Origin: Bacillaceae bacterium
GTDB taxonomy: Bacteria; Bacillota; Bacilli; JACDOE01
Assembly: GCA_017656255.1 (NCBI GenBank)
Contig: JACDOE010000002.1
Coordinates: 4,033 to 68,032, forward strand
Direction: 5' to 3'
DNA length: 64,000 nucleotides
Positions within the stretch are counted from its first letter, which is position 1, and every line of letters starts with the position of its first letter. This document shows positions 37,144-47,431 of the stretch, in pieces. The notes under the pieces are model-generated. The model was not told the origin of the DNA, did no database searches, and saw only the letters and a list, made by a program, of their open reading frames with translations. A program made the position numbers and the translations under genes.

Positions 37144-38226
37144 ATGAATAAATTAGCATTCAGAGGCTTTTCCATAAGGCTTGTTTTTTTATCCATACTG
37201 GTACCGACGGCTAATCTTGTTTTACACGGGTTGATATTTTTGTTTTTTAAACATATAGACCTGCACCCGCTTTTGGCAGCAGCCCTTGCGGTGCTCTGGG
37301 GTGTCGTGGGGATCTATTTTGTCTATCTTTCGCTTAACTGGGTGGTCGAGCAATATCCCCAGCATCTGCGGCAGAAAATGCTGCCCTTCGTTTTCGTGGG
37401 TCCCGCTGTCCTAATACTGGGTTGGTTACTTGTTTTTCCGACGCTCAGAACCCTGTATCTCAGTTTTCTGGATGCACAGTCCGTCAATTTTGTCGGGTTA
37501 TCCAACTACGTCGCGGTATTTACGGATCGATTGCTAGTGACGGCATTGCGTAATAACCTGCTGTGGGTGGTTTTTGGGGCGACCAGCTGCGTGGCACTGG
37601 GTCTGTTAATTGCGATTCTGGCAGACCGGAGCAGCTACGAACGTCTGGCCAAAACCATTATTTTTATGCCCATGGCCATCTCATTTGTGGCGGCCGGGGT
37701 GATCTGGAAGTTTATCTATTACTACCAGCCCGGGGACGAACAGGTGGGGCTGTTGAATGCAATCGTCGTAGCCCTTGGCGGAGAACCGCAGGCCTGGACC
37801 AGTTTGCTTCAACCGTGGAATAATTTATTTCTTATTGTGATTTTAATCTGGATGCAAACCGGGTTTGCCATGGTCATTTTCTCAGCGGCGATCAAAGGGG
37901 TTCCGGGTGAATTGCTGGAAGCGGCAAGAGTCGATGGGGCCGGTGAGATCCGAATATTTTTTCAGATCATTATCCCGTATATTAAGGGGACGATTCTGGC
38001 GGTGACCACAACGATTGTCGTCTTTACGCTGAAAATATTTGATGTGGTCATGGTGATGACCGGTGGCCAGTATGACACGGAAGTGGTGGCCACGCAATTT
38101 TACCGGCAGTTCTTTATGTACCGGAACTTTGGCTACGGTTCCACCCTGGCGATAGTTCTGCTGATTGCGGTCATTCCGATTATCATCTTTAATCTTCGTC
38201 AGTTCCGCAGGCAGGGAGGCGTATAA
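37144..38226 (+). CDS. Carbohydrate ABC transporter permease (MalF/UgpA-like)
   Basis: Multiple TM helices and an EAA-like loop. The N-terminal 80 aa could be an upstream extension. Confidence 0.7.
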   Translation: MNKLAFRGFSIRLVFLSILVPTANLVLHGLIFLFFKHIDLHPLLAAALAVLWGVVGIYFVYLSLNWVVEQYPQHLRQKMLPFVFVGPAVLILGWLLVFPTLRTLYLSFLDAQSVNFVGLSNYVAVFTDRLLVTALRNNLLWVVFGATSCVALGLLIAILADRSSYERLAKTIIFMPMAISFVAAGVIWKFIYYYQPGDEQVGLLNAIVVALGGEPQAWTSLLQPWNNLFLIVILIWMQTGFAMVIFSAAIKGVPGELLEAARVDGAGEIRIFFQIIIPYIKGTILAVTTTIVVFTLKIFDVVMVMTGGQYDTEVVATQFYRQFFMYRNFGYGSTLAIVLLIAVIPIIIFNLRQFRRQGGV

Positions 38227-38228
38227 TC

Positions 38229-39320
38229 ATGCCGGAGAAGGAAAGAAAACGCTCAAGCTGGATTGTGAATATTGTGCTGGCGGTAATTTGCCTGGTATGG
38301 TTGATTCCCACACTAGGCCTGTTCATTTCATCTTTTCGCCCTGCCACGGAGATTCTGCAGACGGGATGGTGGACGGTATTTCCGCACCGAACCTGGGAAA
38401 CGGTTGAACAGATTCAACTTCCGAAAGATCTGGATTTACGCAAGCCCGTTGAAGTGAATGGTCGTACCTACACCAATGAGGAGTTGCGTGCCGGCATTGA
38501 AATTGAAGACGGCCGCCGGCTGATCTGGGAAAACCCCCGAGAACGTCTGTTGAACGTGCAGGAACGGGGGTGGGGGATGAATACCAGCTTCACCCTGGAA
38601 AATTACAAAAGCGTGTTGACCGGTAAAGAATATGAAATTGCGCAGCCGGATGGCGGTGTCAGGCTTGAGAAGGGAAGCAATCTGTCCCGAAGCTTCTGGA
38701 ACACGCTGGCAGTATCAATACCGGGAACCGTCATTCCGATTTTGATCGCGTCGTTTGCGGCCTATGCCTTTGCCTGGATGCCGTTTCCGGGCCGTAAACT
38801 TATTTTCGTGACCATGATCGCCCTGCTGGTGGTTCCGTTGCAGGTGGCGCTCATTCCTGTGTTAAAAGATTATACCGCGCTGGGGCTGAACGGCAGTCTG
38901 CTGGGGATATGGCTGGCTCATACCGCTTTCGGCCTGCCGCTGATTACGTATTTTATGTACAACTATATCAGCCAGTTGCCCGGGGAGATCTTTGAATCCG
39001 CCTATCTGGACGGGGCGAGCAATTTTACAATTTTTACCCGGCTGGTGTTACCGCTCTCGGTACCTGCGCTGGCGTCGATCGGAATCTTTCAGTTTCTCTG
39101 GGTATGGAATGATTATCTGGTGGCGCTCGTGTTTATCGGCAGCCAGCCGGATGTGCAGGTGTTGTCGATGCGGATTGCGGACCTGGTCGGGTCGCGGGGC
39201 AGTGACTGGCATCTGCTGACGGCCGCCGCGTTTATCTCGATGTTCATGCCGCTCATGGTTTTCTTCTTTTTACAAAAATATTTTGTCAGAGGCTTGCTGG
39301 GCGGGTCCATTAAGGGGTAG
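38229..39320 (+). CDS. Carbohydrate ABC transporter permease (MalG/UgpE-like) with enlarged periplasmic loop
   Basis: TM helices and an EAA motif region (ESAYLDGAS). Confidence 0.7.
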   Translation: MPEKERKRSSWIVNIVLAVICLVWLIPTLGLFISSFRPATEILQTGWWTVFPHRTWETVEQIQLPKDLDLRKPVEVNGRTYTNEELRAGIEIEDGRRLIWENPRERLLNVQERGWGMNTSFTLENYKSVLTGKEYEIAQPDGGVRLEKGSNLSRSFWNTLAVSIPGTVIPILIASFAAYAFAWMPFPGRKLIFVTMIALLVVPLQVALIPVLKDYTALGLNGSLLGIWLAHTAFGLPLITYFMYNYISQLPGEIFESAYLDGASNFTIFTRLVLPLSVPALASIGIFQFLWVWNDYLVALVFIGSQPDVQVLSMRIADLVGSRGSDWHLLTAAAFISMFMPLMVFFFLQKYFVRGLLGGSIKG

Positions 39321-40771
39321 TGATGTTTAATCCAACTCATTTACATCGTGACAACAAAAATAATGGGGAGTCTTTGCGGATCATGAACCGATTAAAACCC
39401 GTGTATCATTTTATGGCACCTGTCGGCTGGATGAACGATCCGAATGGTCCCATTTATCTAGAGGGTGCCTATCACTTGTTTTATCAGTATAATCCCCATG
39501 GTGATCACTGGGATACGATTCACTGGGGGCACGCGAGAAGCCGGGATATGGTTTTCTGGGAACACCTGCCGATTGCCCTGGCCCCGTCACTGGAAAAAGG
39601 GGAACATCATTGTTTTTCCGGTTGTACGGTAGTCGATGATGAGGGCAAACCGATCATTTTTTATACCTCCGTGGGTGAGGGCGAACGAAACCAGATCACC
39701 GGGGCAGAGCAATGGATGGCAACCGGGTCATCCGACCTGATTTCATGGAAAAAATGGTCGGGGAATCCGGTGATGACGCCGGATATTCATGGCGACATGG
39801 CGGTTACCGAGTGGCGGGATCCGTTTGTCTGGAAAGAGAAGGATAGCTGGTATATGTTACTCGGCGGGTCCTATCAAGGGGCCGGTTGTGTGTTGATCTA
39901 TCGTTCCCCGGATCTGGTGAACTGGGAATTTCTCAATAGGGTGGATGAGGACAGGGAAGGGGCGGGGGTCTGGGAATGCCCCGGTTTATTTACCCTTCAA
40001 GATAAACATGTCCTCCTGTATTCGCCGGATCAGACGGATGATTATCGAGTGAGATATAAAATCGGGACCTTACGGGATGATTTTCGTTTTGAATCGGAAT
40101 ATGAAGGGATTCTGGACCACGGGGGAAAGGAAGGGTTTTATGCGCCGACCACTTTCCTCGATGGGCAGGGAAGACGGGTGATGTTCGGATGGATGCCGGA
40201 GACCCGGGGGGATTTTGAAGGCATTAAGGGATGGGCCGGTGTTCAGGCGATTCCGCGAATTCTCTCATTGCAAAATGACCGGTTGTGTGTGGAGCCGATT
40301 CCGGAAATCAGCAAGCTGAGAGAAGAAGAATACCGGTTTGAGGAGCAGGCGGTTACCGGTTCCATGGATACCGGTATTCGCGGAAAAGCGCTGGAGTTGC
40401 AACTGGTGGTGAGACAGAGCGCGGGGCGTTTCTGGCTGAAGGTATTCCGCTCTCCCGGCGGCGAGGAAGAGACCGTTTTATGGATTGATCCGGAGAATGG
40501 CAGCGTCGTTCTTGACCGCAGTCGCTCAAGCCTTTATCCGGGAATCAGCAACACGGCCATTAACGCTGATCTTGATCCGGCGATGGATGGGGTCTATCAC
40601 ATCCGTGTTTTGCTGGATCATTCATCAATTGAAGTGTTTGTTAATCACGGGACGTGCCTGTCGACCCGGGTCTATCCGCAACGCGAAGATAGCATGCAGG
40701 TCCATATTGGCTCGGAGAAAATATTGCAGATTGAGGCGTTCAGGGGCTGGAAGTTAAAAGCGATACGCTGA
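39320..40771 (+). CDS. GH32 beta-fructofuranosidase / sucrose-6-phosphate hydrolase
   Basis: WMNDPNG, RDP (EWRDPFVW) and EC (WECPG) motifs of GH32. The true start may be the internal MNRL at about 39383. Confidence 0.85.
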   Translation: MMFNPTHLHRDNKNNGESLRIMNRLKPVYHFMAPVGWMNDPNGPIYLEGAYHLFYQYNPHGDHWDTIHWGHARSRDMVFWEHLPIALAPSLEKGEHHCFSGCTVVDDEGKPIIFYTSVGEGERNQITGAEQWMATGSSDLISWKKWSGNPVMTPDIHGDMAVTEWRDPFVWKEKDSWYMLLGGSYQGAGCVLIYRSPDLVNWEFLNRVDEDREGAGVWECPGLFTLQDKHVLLYSPDQTDDYRVRYKIGTLRDDFRFESEYEGILDHGGKEGFYAPTTFLDGQGRRVMFGWMPETRGDFEGIKGWAGVQAIPRILSLQNDRLCVEPIPEISKLREEEYRFEEQAVTGSMDTGIRGKALELQLVVRQSAGRFWLKVFRSPGGEEETVLWIDPENGSVVLDRSRSSLYPGISNTAINADLDPAMDGVYHIRVLLDHSSIEVFVNHGTCLSTRVYPQREDSMQVHIGSEKILQIEAFRGWKLKAIR

Positions 40772-40773
40772 GG

Positions 40774-41763
40774 ATGTATCTTAAAGATAGGGTGAAAACG
40801 ATGTATGATGTTTGCGCGCTGGGAGAACTGTTGATTGATTTTACGCCGGTGGGAACATCCGATCAGAACAACGTGATTTATGAACAAAACCCGGGAGGGG
40901 CCCCGGCCAATGTGGTAGCGGCTCTCAGTAAACTGGGGAAGAAGACGGCGTTCATTGGAAAAGTGGGGAATGATGCGTTCGGCCATTTTTTAGGGAACGT
41001 ACTGGGTGAACGGGGGGTTGATGGGCAGGGGCTGGTTTACTCGGATGAATTCCCGACGACGCTTGCCTTTGTTCATCTGCAGGAAGATGGCGAGCGTTCC
41101 TTCAGTTTTTATCGGAAACATAGTGCCGATCAGAACCTGTCAAAAGATGAGGTTCGATTTGACCTGATCGCCGAGTCCAGGGTGTTTCATTTTGGATCGG
41201 TGTCGATGACGGATGAGCCGTCAGCGACAGCCACGCTGGAGGCGGCCCGGTTTGCCAGGGAGAACGGGGTGCTTGTCTCTTTTGATCCCAATCTGAGGGA
41301 GCCGCTATGGGATGATCTGGCCCGTGCCCGTGATCAGATCAGGGCGGGGCTGGGCTTTACGGATATACTGAAGGTATCGGAGGAAGAATTGTATTTTATC
41401 ACGGAGTCCGAGGATCTGGAGCGGGGATCGCATATGCTCCATGAAAAATATGCCATTCCGTTTATTTTCGTGACGCTGGGGGAGAAGGGCTGTTTTGTGC
41501 GCAGAAGGCATGAAACGGCCACCGTTCCCGGTTTCTCTGTCCCGGTGGTAGATACCACGGGGGCCGGGGACGGCTTTCTGGGTGGGATTCTCAGTCGCAT
41601 CCTTAATTTTGACGATGAGCTGGCGCGTTTGTCGAAGGACGATATCGTCAAAATGACCCGGTTTGCCTGTGGGGTTGGGGCTTTGACCACCACCAGACGG
41701 GGTGGGATGACGGCACTTCCCGGCAGTCTGGAGGTAAAAAGGTTTCTGGCAGAGAGGAAGTAA
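40774..41763 (+). CDS. scrK: Fructokinase (PfkB family)
   Basis: GGAPANVA N-terminal motif and DTTGAGD ATP motif. Confidence 0.8.
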   Translation: MYLKDRVKTMYDVCALGELLIDFTPVGTSDQNNVIYEQNPGGAPANVVAALSKLGKKTAFIGKVGNDAFGHFLGNVLGERGVDGQGLVYSDEFPTTLAFVHLQEDGERSFSFYRKHSADQNLSKDEVRFDLIAESRVFHFGSVSMTDEPSATATLEAARFARENGVLVSFDPNLREPLWDDLARARDQIRAGLGFTDILKVSEEELYFITESEDLERGSHMLHEKYAIPFIFVTLGEKGCFVRRRHETATVPGFSVPVVDTTGAGDGFLGGILSRILNFDDELARLSKDDIVKMTRFACGVGALTTTRRGGMTALPGSLEVKRFLAERK

Positions 41764-41774
41764 AATTCCTCTGA

Positions 41775-42641
41775 TCAACCAAAAACCTGGGCGGCGATGC
41801 CGTACAGTGTCTGATTTCGTGGAGGTAACTGCTTTGCGTTTCGGATCATGACGGGAGGCTCACTTACTTTGTTGAATCCGCGATCCTCCAAAAACGTTAG
41901 TATTGGATACTGTTCATCGGGGACATCGATTCGTAGCTTCCCCCTGCTGTTTGTGGCCAGGTGATCGATAATGCTTGTCGCCACATCCTGGTTGATGGCG
42001 ACAATGGGCCCGAGTATGGTATTGACGGGTCCTTTTATACTTAGTCCGTAACCCACTGCAATTCCCGTCCTGTCTGTGACGACAATCCCCCGATCAGCCT
42101 GCCTGATGCGCAACTTAAGAAAGGCGCTTCTGTTAGCCCCGACGGCAGATCGATCCAGCTCCACAATCCGGTCTAAGTGGTCATCAGTTAACGGTGATAG
42201 GGTGTACTCACCGTTTTTTCTATGGGTGTAAAACGGTACATAATCTTCGCTTAAAATCTTGTGGACACAGGAGACGGTGTGAAACCCCAGCTTTTCATAA
42301 AGCGGTTTCCCCTCCGGGGTGGCAATCAGCATAATGGTTATGTCTTCAGGAACGGCCTCGATACAGGTTCGGGTTAATGCGGAGCCTAACCCGTGTCCTC
42401 TATAACGTTGGTCTACAATGACCATGCCGATCGAAGCCAGTTTCTGGCCATAGGGAATGATGGCGGCACTTGAGATGATCTGTCCCTGTTCATTTTTATG
42501 GCCATAGCTGGTGCCGGCGGACATAACGGTTTTGATTTCCGCTTCATCGTAGTCCCAGCCGACTGAGGCGGAAAGTTCAATAAGACCTTTTATATCTTCC
42601 TGGTGGAGTGTGTGGATTTGAAAATGGGTTGTTCCCGTCAT
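41775..42641 (-). CDS. GNAT-family N-acetyltransferase (tandem GNAT domains)
   Basis: RGHGLGSAL acetyl-CoA motif. 288 aa. Confidence 0.65.
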   Translation of the reverse strand: MTGTTHFQIHTLHQEDIKGLIELSASVGWDYDEAEIKTVMSAGTSYGHKNEQGQIISSAAIIPYGQKLASIGMVIVDQRYRGHGLGSALTRTCIEAVPEDITIMLIATPEGKPLYEKLGFHTVSCVHKILSEDYVPFYTHRKNGEYTLSPLTDDHLDRIVELDRSAVGANRSAFLKLRIRQADRGIVVTDRTGIAVGYGLSIKGPVNTILGPIVAINQDVATSIIDHLATNSRGKLRIDVPDEQYPILTFLEDRGFNKVSEPPVMIRNAKQLPPRNQTLYGIAAQVFG

Positions 42642-42961
42642 ATTAACGCCTCTTTTTTATAAACTGTATCTGTCTTTCATACACCTCAATCTTACCAATT
42701 TTACACAGTTCAATAAATATATAATGATTTAAAGGTATGGCATCTTTTCATATCAGGCCTGATCCCTTCAAGGGAATGTTCTTGTTACAAACATACCCGA
42801 GAGTATGGTTGTAACAGAGTGAAACAAATAAGGATCCCAATTGTCTGGATGAATCCATGTGTTACGAAAGAATCCTGTCTCCATTCCCAAAAAAGTTGAG
42901 AGTAACATCGGGAAGCAACTTAAATATCATTGATCACGTCATAAATAGGGGGTGATAGTCT

Positions 42962-43537
42962 ATGAATAGGCTATTTCTGATCATATTGACAACATTGCTG
43001 TTAGTCTCAGCCGGTTGTGGCACAAATCAAAATGATGCTAACCAGACATCAAACCTGGATGATTTCCAGGTCCAAAACACACAGGATGAGGTCACGGAAG
43101 GCGACTTTACCTACCGTCTCGTCACAGAAAAGAAAGAATACCAGCAGGGAGAACCGGTCCGGATTTACGCGGAGTTAGTATACACCGGTGACCGGGAAGA
43201 AATCACGATTTATCATGCCGCATCCCCTTTCTATTTTCCCATGGTTGAAAAAACAAGGGGATTTACCATTGATTATCCGATGGAACAACCGTTGGTGAGC
43301 ACGACACTTAAAAAAGGAGAGCCGATTCAAAAAGAATACCGGAGAAGCGGCGGGTACGGTTCGCAGGATGAAAAAGCGTATATCGATTTTATGAAATCCT
43401 TTTTAGAAGAAGGGTTTCCGGCCGGCTATTATGTGGTGAATGGATTTGCTGACTTTTATGTTGAATGGGATGAAAATGGCGAAAAGGTTAAAAGAGATTA
43501 CAGGATTGAAGCCGAGATTGATTTTAAGGTGAAATAA
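42962..43537 (+). CDS. Hypothetical lipoprotein
   Basis: Signal peptide with lipobox LVSAGC. Confidence 0.5.
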   Translation: MNRLFLIILTTLLLVSAGCGTNQNDANQTSNLDDFQVQNTQDEVTEGDFTYRLVTEKKEYQQGEPVRIYAELVYTGDREEITIYHAASPFYFPMVEKTRGFTIDYPMEQPLVSTTLKKGEPIQKEYRRSGGYGSQDEKAYIDFMKSFLEEGFPAGYYVVNGFADFYVEWDENGEKVKRDYRIEAEIDFKVK

Positions 43538-43625
43538 CAGAGATAGGCATCGCTTCGCATAAACAGTTCTTCCGGGTTTTTGATACAATAAAGGAAATCA
43601 CAGGATAAAAACCGGGAGGGCTTTC

Positions 43626-43931
43626 ATGAAATATTTTATTACAGGGTCAATCATGGCCGTGATTGTGCTTGCGGTGGGGTTCATTTCGGGTGACCGGGAT
43701 TTAATGTTAAACATGATCGGTTTTGCGGCCATTGTCCCGTTGATGTTAGCCGGTGTATTTACGGGAGCCTTTTTAGGTAGCGACGGTGTGCGCAATGAAG
43801 CCAGGAGATATCATGACACGGAAACCCCGGAGAATAGAAAAAGAAAAAATAAATGGGCGACAAATTTAGTTCTGATCGCCCTGCCCAATCTTGTTTTGCT
43901 TATTGTATTATTATCATTTAATGACGGTTAA
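43626..43931 (+). CDS. Small hypothetical membrane protein
   Basis: 101 aa with three hydrophobic helices. Confidence 0.4.
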   Translation: MKYFITGSIMAVIVLAVGFISGDRDLMLNMIGFAAIVPLMLAGVFTGAFLGSDGVRNEARRYHDTETPENRKRKNKWATNLVLIALPNLVLLIVLLSFNDG

Positions 43932-44000
43932 AAACGGCTCCAACACCTTAACATTGCCCCCGAGCATGCTTAACGGGAATAGGCCGGGGGGTGAACGGCA

Positions 44001-44633
44001 TCATGGGGCTCCCTTTAAAACATCCCGGATCTTCTCTTCCAAAAGAGAGGAATCACCGTGTCTAAAATCCTCAATCACCTCATCCTGGACGATTGCCTGA
44101 AACAATTTTCTTCGTATCTCCGGATCATCAACCTGACGTATGATCTCCCGGCGCCACAAAGATAATTTCTCTAAAAAAGCTTCATATTCGGGTCCATACA
44201 TCTCCTCAAGCTGGAGGCGTATTTTTTTAGAAAGAGCCGGGCTGACACCTGAGGTAGAAATGGCAATGGTCAGCGACCCCTGTTGAACAACCGATGGAAA
44301 AGTAAACGTGCAAAGTTCCGGCTGATCGACCACGTTAATCAATGGGACGTGATCTCTGGCATCTTGATACACGGCATGATTGATCCCTTGATTATCGGTC
44401 GCCGCAACGACCACAAAGGCACCCTGTGTATCTCCCTTTTGAAATGAACGGTCTTGATAGTTAAAATGATCCCTCTGCGTCTGTAATGCCGGGTGAAGAT
44501 CAGGACTTATGATGGTGATATCAGCTCCGGCTTCGGCTAGAGTTTCAAACTTTCTCGCCGCCACATCTCCGCCACCGACAATCACACCTTTTTTATTTTC
44601 CAGGTTGAGCATAAATGGCGTTTGTCGTTGCAT
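44001..44633 (-). CDS. sirC: Precorrin-2 dehydrogenase / sirohydrochlorin synthase (SirC / CysG N-domain-like)
   Basis: NAD-binding GVIVGGGDVAARK. 210 aa. Divergent from the B12-riboswitch-controlled cbi operon. Confidence 0.7.
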   Translation of the reverse strand: MQRQTPFMLNLENKKGVIVGGGDVAARKFETLAEAGADITIISPDLHPALQTQRDHFNYQDRSFQKGDTQGAFVVVAATDNQGINHAVYQDARDHVPLINVVDQPELCTFTFPSVVQQGSLTIAISTSGVSPALSKKIRLQLEEMYGPEYEAFLEKLSLWRREIIRQVDDPEIRRKLFQAIVQDEVIEDFRHGDSSLLEEKIRDVLKGAP

Positions 44634-44737
44634 ACAACCGCTTTCCTTTCATCCAACATGATTATGCGTCATTCTATCACAATCTGGTAGACAACTCATC
44701 CGCTTGATGATAATATATTACTACAATTGCATATCGG

Positions 44738-44943
44738 AAGGGTACAGGTGCCGGGCGTTGTTTAACAACAACGATGAATAAGTTCATCGTCCGGCTTAAA
44801 AGGGAAGTTCGGTGAGAATCCGACACGGTCCCGCCACTGTGATGGGTTCCGGCAGATTGCCGGATATCTTTCAGTTTATGCCACTGGGCTAAGTCAACCG
44901 GGAAGGCACTGAAAGAGAGGCCCTAAGTCAGGAGACCTGCCTG
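44738..44943 (+). ncRNA. Cobalamin (AdoCbl) riboswitch
   Basis: Conserved AAAAGGGAAGUUCGGUGAGAAUCCGACACGGUCCCGCCACUG core and B12 box AAGUCAGGAGACCUGCC. Leader of the cobalt-transporter/cbi operon. Confidence 0.85.
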
Positions 44944-45029
44944 TATCAACAACACTGTCGACCTACGAGGATAGGGAGGTGTTAGAGAGCGGCATATGGT
45001 CTTTTTATGCCTGTGTGCGTCCAGTACAA

Positions 45030-45068
45030 GCATTTCTAACCCCGAGTAGGTTGGAAATGCTTTTTTTA
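45030..45068 (+). terminator. Riboswitch expression-platform terminator (attenuator)
   Basis: GCATTTC...GAAATGC hairpin followed by a T7 run, 22 nt before the operon's first start codon. Confidence 0.65.
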
Positions 45069-45090
45069 ATGGAAAAAGGAGTGAGAAAAC

Positions 45091-45786
45091 ATGATGATGG
45101 AATTTCTTGCACTGGCCGGGTTTGCGATTCTGATCGGTTTCCGGCATGGGCTGGATTCCGACCACATTGCAGCGATTGCGGACATGGTCGGAGCGGAGAA
45201 ACAGAAAAAGGGACAGTTAAGAATGGGGATCATGTATGCGATCGGACACGGTGTGATTGTGCTGGTAATGGGATTGCTCGTGATTTTTCTGGGATCCCAT
45301 TTGCCCGAATCCGTTTTAAAATCCATGGAATTTCTGGTAGGGATAAGTTTGTTCGTGCTGGGATCGATCATTCTTTATTCCGTCCTGAAACAAAATAAAC
45401 ACTACACCTACGAAAGTCGTATCATGATTGTTTACAAAGCATGCCGTCGTTTTTTTAGGAGAAAGACAGACGAAAAGCCGGTTAACATTACAAAATTTGG
45501 AATATTCGGATCTTTTGTTGTCGGTGTGATTCATGGAATTGGGGCCGAAACGCCCTCCCAGGTGCTTGTTATTTCCAGCAGTGCGGGGTTGAACAATTTA
45601 ACCGCCTCTTTGATGCAACTGCTTCTTTTTGTCGTCGGTCTGCTGTTGGCGACCATTCTGGTGACGTTCATCGCCTCCTGGGGATTTATGAAAGCCAAAT
45701 ATAAACGCAAAGCCTATCTATTTCTCGGCGTCATTACCGGGGTGTACAGTGTGTTTTTAGGCCTGAGCATGATGAATGGAATTTAG
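45091..45786 (+). CDS. NicO/NiCoT-like nickel/cobalt transporter (putative cobalt uptake)
   Basis: H-x4-DH signature RHGLDSDH in the first TM segment and GHG motif. 231 aa. Under the B12 riboswitch. Confidence 0.6.
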   Translation: MMMEFLALAGFAILIGFRHGLDSDHIAAIADMVGAEKQKKGQLRMGIMYAIGHGVIVLVMGLLVIFLGSHLPESVLKSMEFLVGISLFVLGSIILYSVLKQNKHYTYESRIMIVYKACRRFFRRKTDEKPVNITKFGIFGSFVVGVIHGIGAETPSQVLVISSSAGLNNLTASLMQLLLFVVGLLLATILVTFIASWGFMKAKYKRKAYLFLGVITGVYSVFLGLSMMNGI

Positions 45787-45804
45787 GGGAAAGGGTGAGC
45801 CACC

Positions 45805-47418
45805 ATGACGGGAAAATTACTGGTAATCGGATTCGGGCCCGGCAGTGAAGATCATATGACGAAACGGGCCCGGGAAGCCATTGAAGAAAGTGATGTCATC
45901 ATCGGGTACAAGACTTATGTGGATTTGATTCAGGATCTGTTGGACGGGCAGCAGATTGTGCAAACCGGGATGACGGAAGAGGTCAGCCGTGCCCAGGAAG
46001 CGGTGCGCCAGGCGGAAGAAGGAAAAAAAGTGGCGGTCATCTCCAGTGGGGATGCCGGTGTTTACGGAATGGCCGGACTCATCTATGAAGTTCTGGTCGA
46101 GAAAGGCTGGACGGAAGCGTCGGGGGTTGAAGTGGAAGTGATCCCGGGTATATCAGCGATCAACTCCTGTGCCTCCCTGCTGGGAGCTCCGGTGATGCAT
46201 GACGCCTGCACCATCAGCCTGAGTGATCATCTGACCCCCTGGGACCTGATAGCCCGAAGAGTGGAGGCGGCGGCAGCAGCTGATTTTGTGATCGCTTTGT
46301 ACAATCCGCGCAGCGGACGAAGAACCCGGCAAATCGTGGAAACGCAGAAGATTTTGTTAAAGCATCGTGCACCGGATACACCGGTGGGCATTGTGAAAAG
46401 TGCCTATCGTGAACGGCAGCGAGTGGTTGTCACCACCCTTGAAAAGATGCTGGATCACGAAATCGGGATGTTGACCACCGTGATCATCGGGAATGCCACC
46501 ACACGTGTCTATGATGGAAAAATGATCACCCCCCGGGGTTACCAGCGCAAATACACGCTGGATGCCGAAGAGCAAAAGCTGAAACCGCATGAACGCCTGA
46601 AAAAGGAAGTGGAACCCTGGGCATTGCCACAATCTGATACCGCCTCATCGGACAAGCCGGACGCCTATCAACTGGCCGAGGAAGCGTTGCAGGCCATCGA
46701 TCCGAGCCGGGGAACCCCGGGAGATCATAACACGGAACAGCAGCAAAGGGCGGCCGCTTTTTTCAAACAGAAAGCGATCTTTGAAGTGGCGGTCAGTCCG
46801 GGGCTGGCCAACAAAAAGTTTACCGCCGCCCAGATGAAAGTCCTGGCTGATGTGGCCGGGGAAGAGGGCGAAATTGAATATACCCCGCATCATCAGATCC
46901 TGCTTCGGATCCCCACCGAAGACCCGGAACAGATTCGCCGGCGCCTGGAGCAGGAAGGCCTGATGCTGTCTCCTGTTGGCGATGTGCTTCAGGTGAAGGC
47001 CTGTGATTTTTGTGACGGGGAGAAGGCGGATTCGATCCCGTATGCTGAAGCCTTGCATCAACGGCTCGGCCATCTGAAGGTGCCGAAACAATTAAAGATT
47101 GGATTTAACGGTTGTGCCATGGCCTGTTACGGCGCGGTTAAAGAAGACATCGGCATCGTCTACCGCAGGGGAAAATTTGATTTGTTCCTGGGGGGCAAGA
47201 CCGTCGGCCGCAATGCGCATCCCGGTCAGCCGGTGGCGGAAGGCCTTGAACCGGAAGAGCTGGTGCCGGTTATTGAACGCATTGTGAATCGGTATGTCGA
47301 CGAAGGGTTTCCCAATGAACGCTTTCATAAATTCTTTAAACGGGTCGGCGAAATCGAAGGATTTCCTTACCGGGAAGTTCCGACGATCAAAATTGAAAAC
47401 GCGGTATGCGGCGATTAA
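45805..47418 (+). CDS. cbiH: Cobalt-factor III C17-methyltransferase CbiH fused to a nitrite/sulfite-reductase-like 4Fe-4S domain (CbiH60 type)
   Basis: N-terminal TP-methylase fold (VIGFGPG...SSGDAGVYGMAG). C-terminal Cys-rich domain (CDFCDG...GCAMAC). Architecture matches B. megaterium CbiH60. Confidence 0.8.
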   Translation: MTGKLLVIGFGPGSEDHMTKRAREAIEESDVIIGYKTYVDLIQDLLDGQQIVQTGMTEEVSRAQEAVRQAEEGKKVAVISSGDAGVYGMAGLIYEVLVEKGWTEASGVEVEVIPGISAINSCASLLGAPVMHDACTISLSDHLTPWDLIARRVEAAAAADFVIALYNPRSGRRTRQIVETQKILLKHRAPDTPVGIVKSAYRERQRVVVTTLEKMLDHEIGMLTTVIIGNATTRVYDGKMITPRGYQRKYTLDAEEQKLKPHERLKKEVEPWALPQSDTASSDKPDAYQLAEEALQAIDPSRGTPGDHNTEQQQRAAAFFKQKAIFEVAVSPGLANKKFTAAQMKVLADVAGEEGEIEYTPHHQILLRIPTEDPEQIRRRLEQEGLMLSPVGDVLQVKACDFCDGEKADSIPYAEALHQRLGHLKVPKQLKIGFNGCAMACYGAVKEDIGIVYRRGKFDLFLGGKTVGRNAHPGQPVAEGLEPEELVPVIERIVNRYVDEGFPNERFHKFFKRVGEIEGFPYREVPTIKIENAVCGD

Positions 47419-47431
47419 GGAGGAGTACCGG

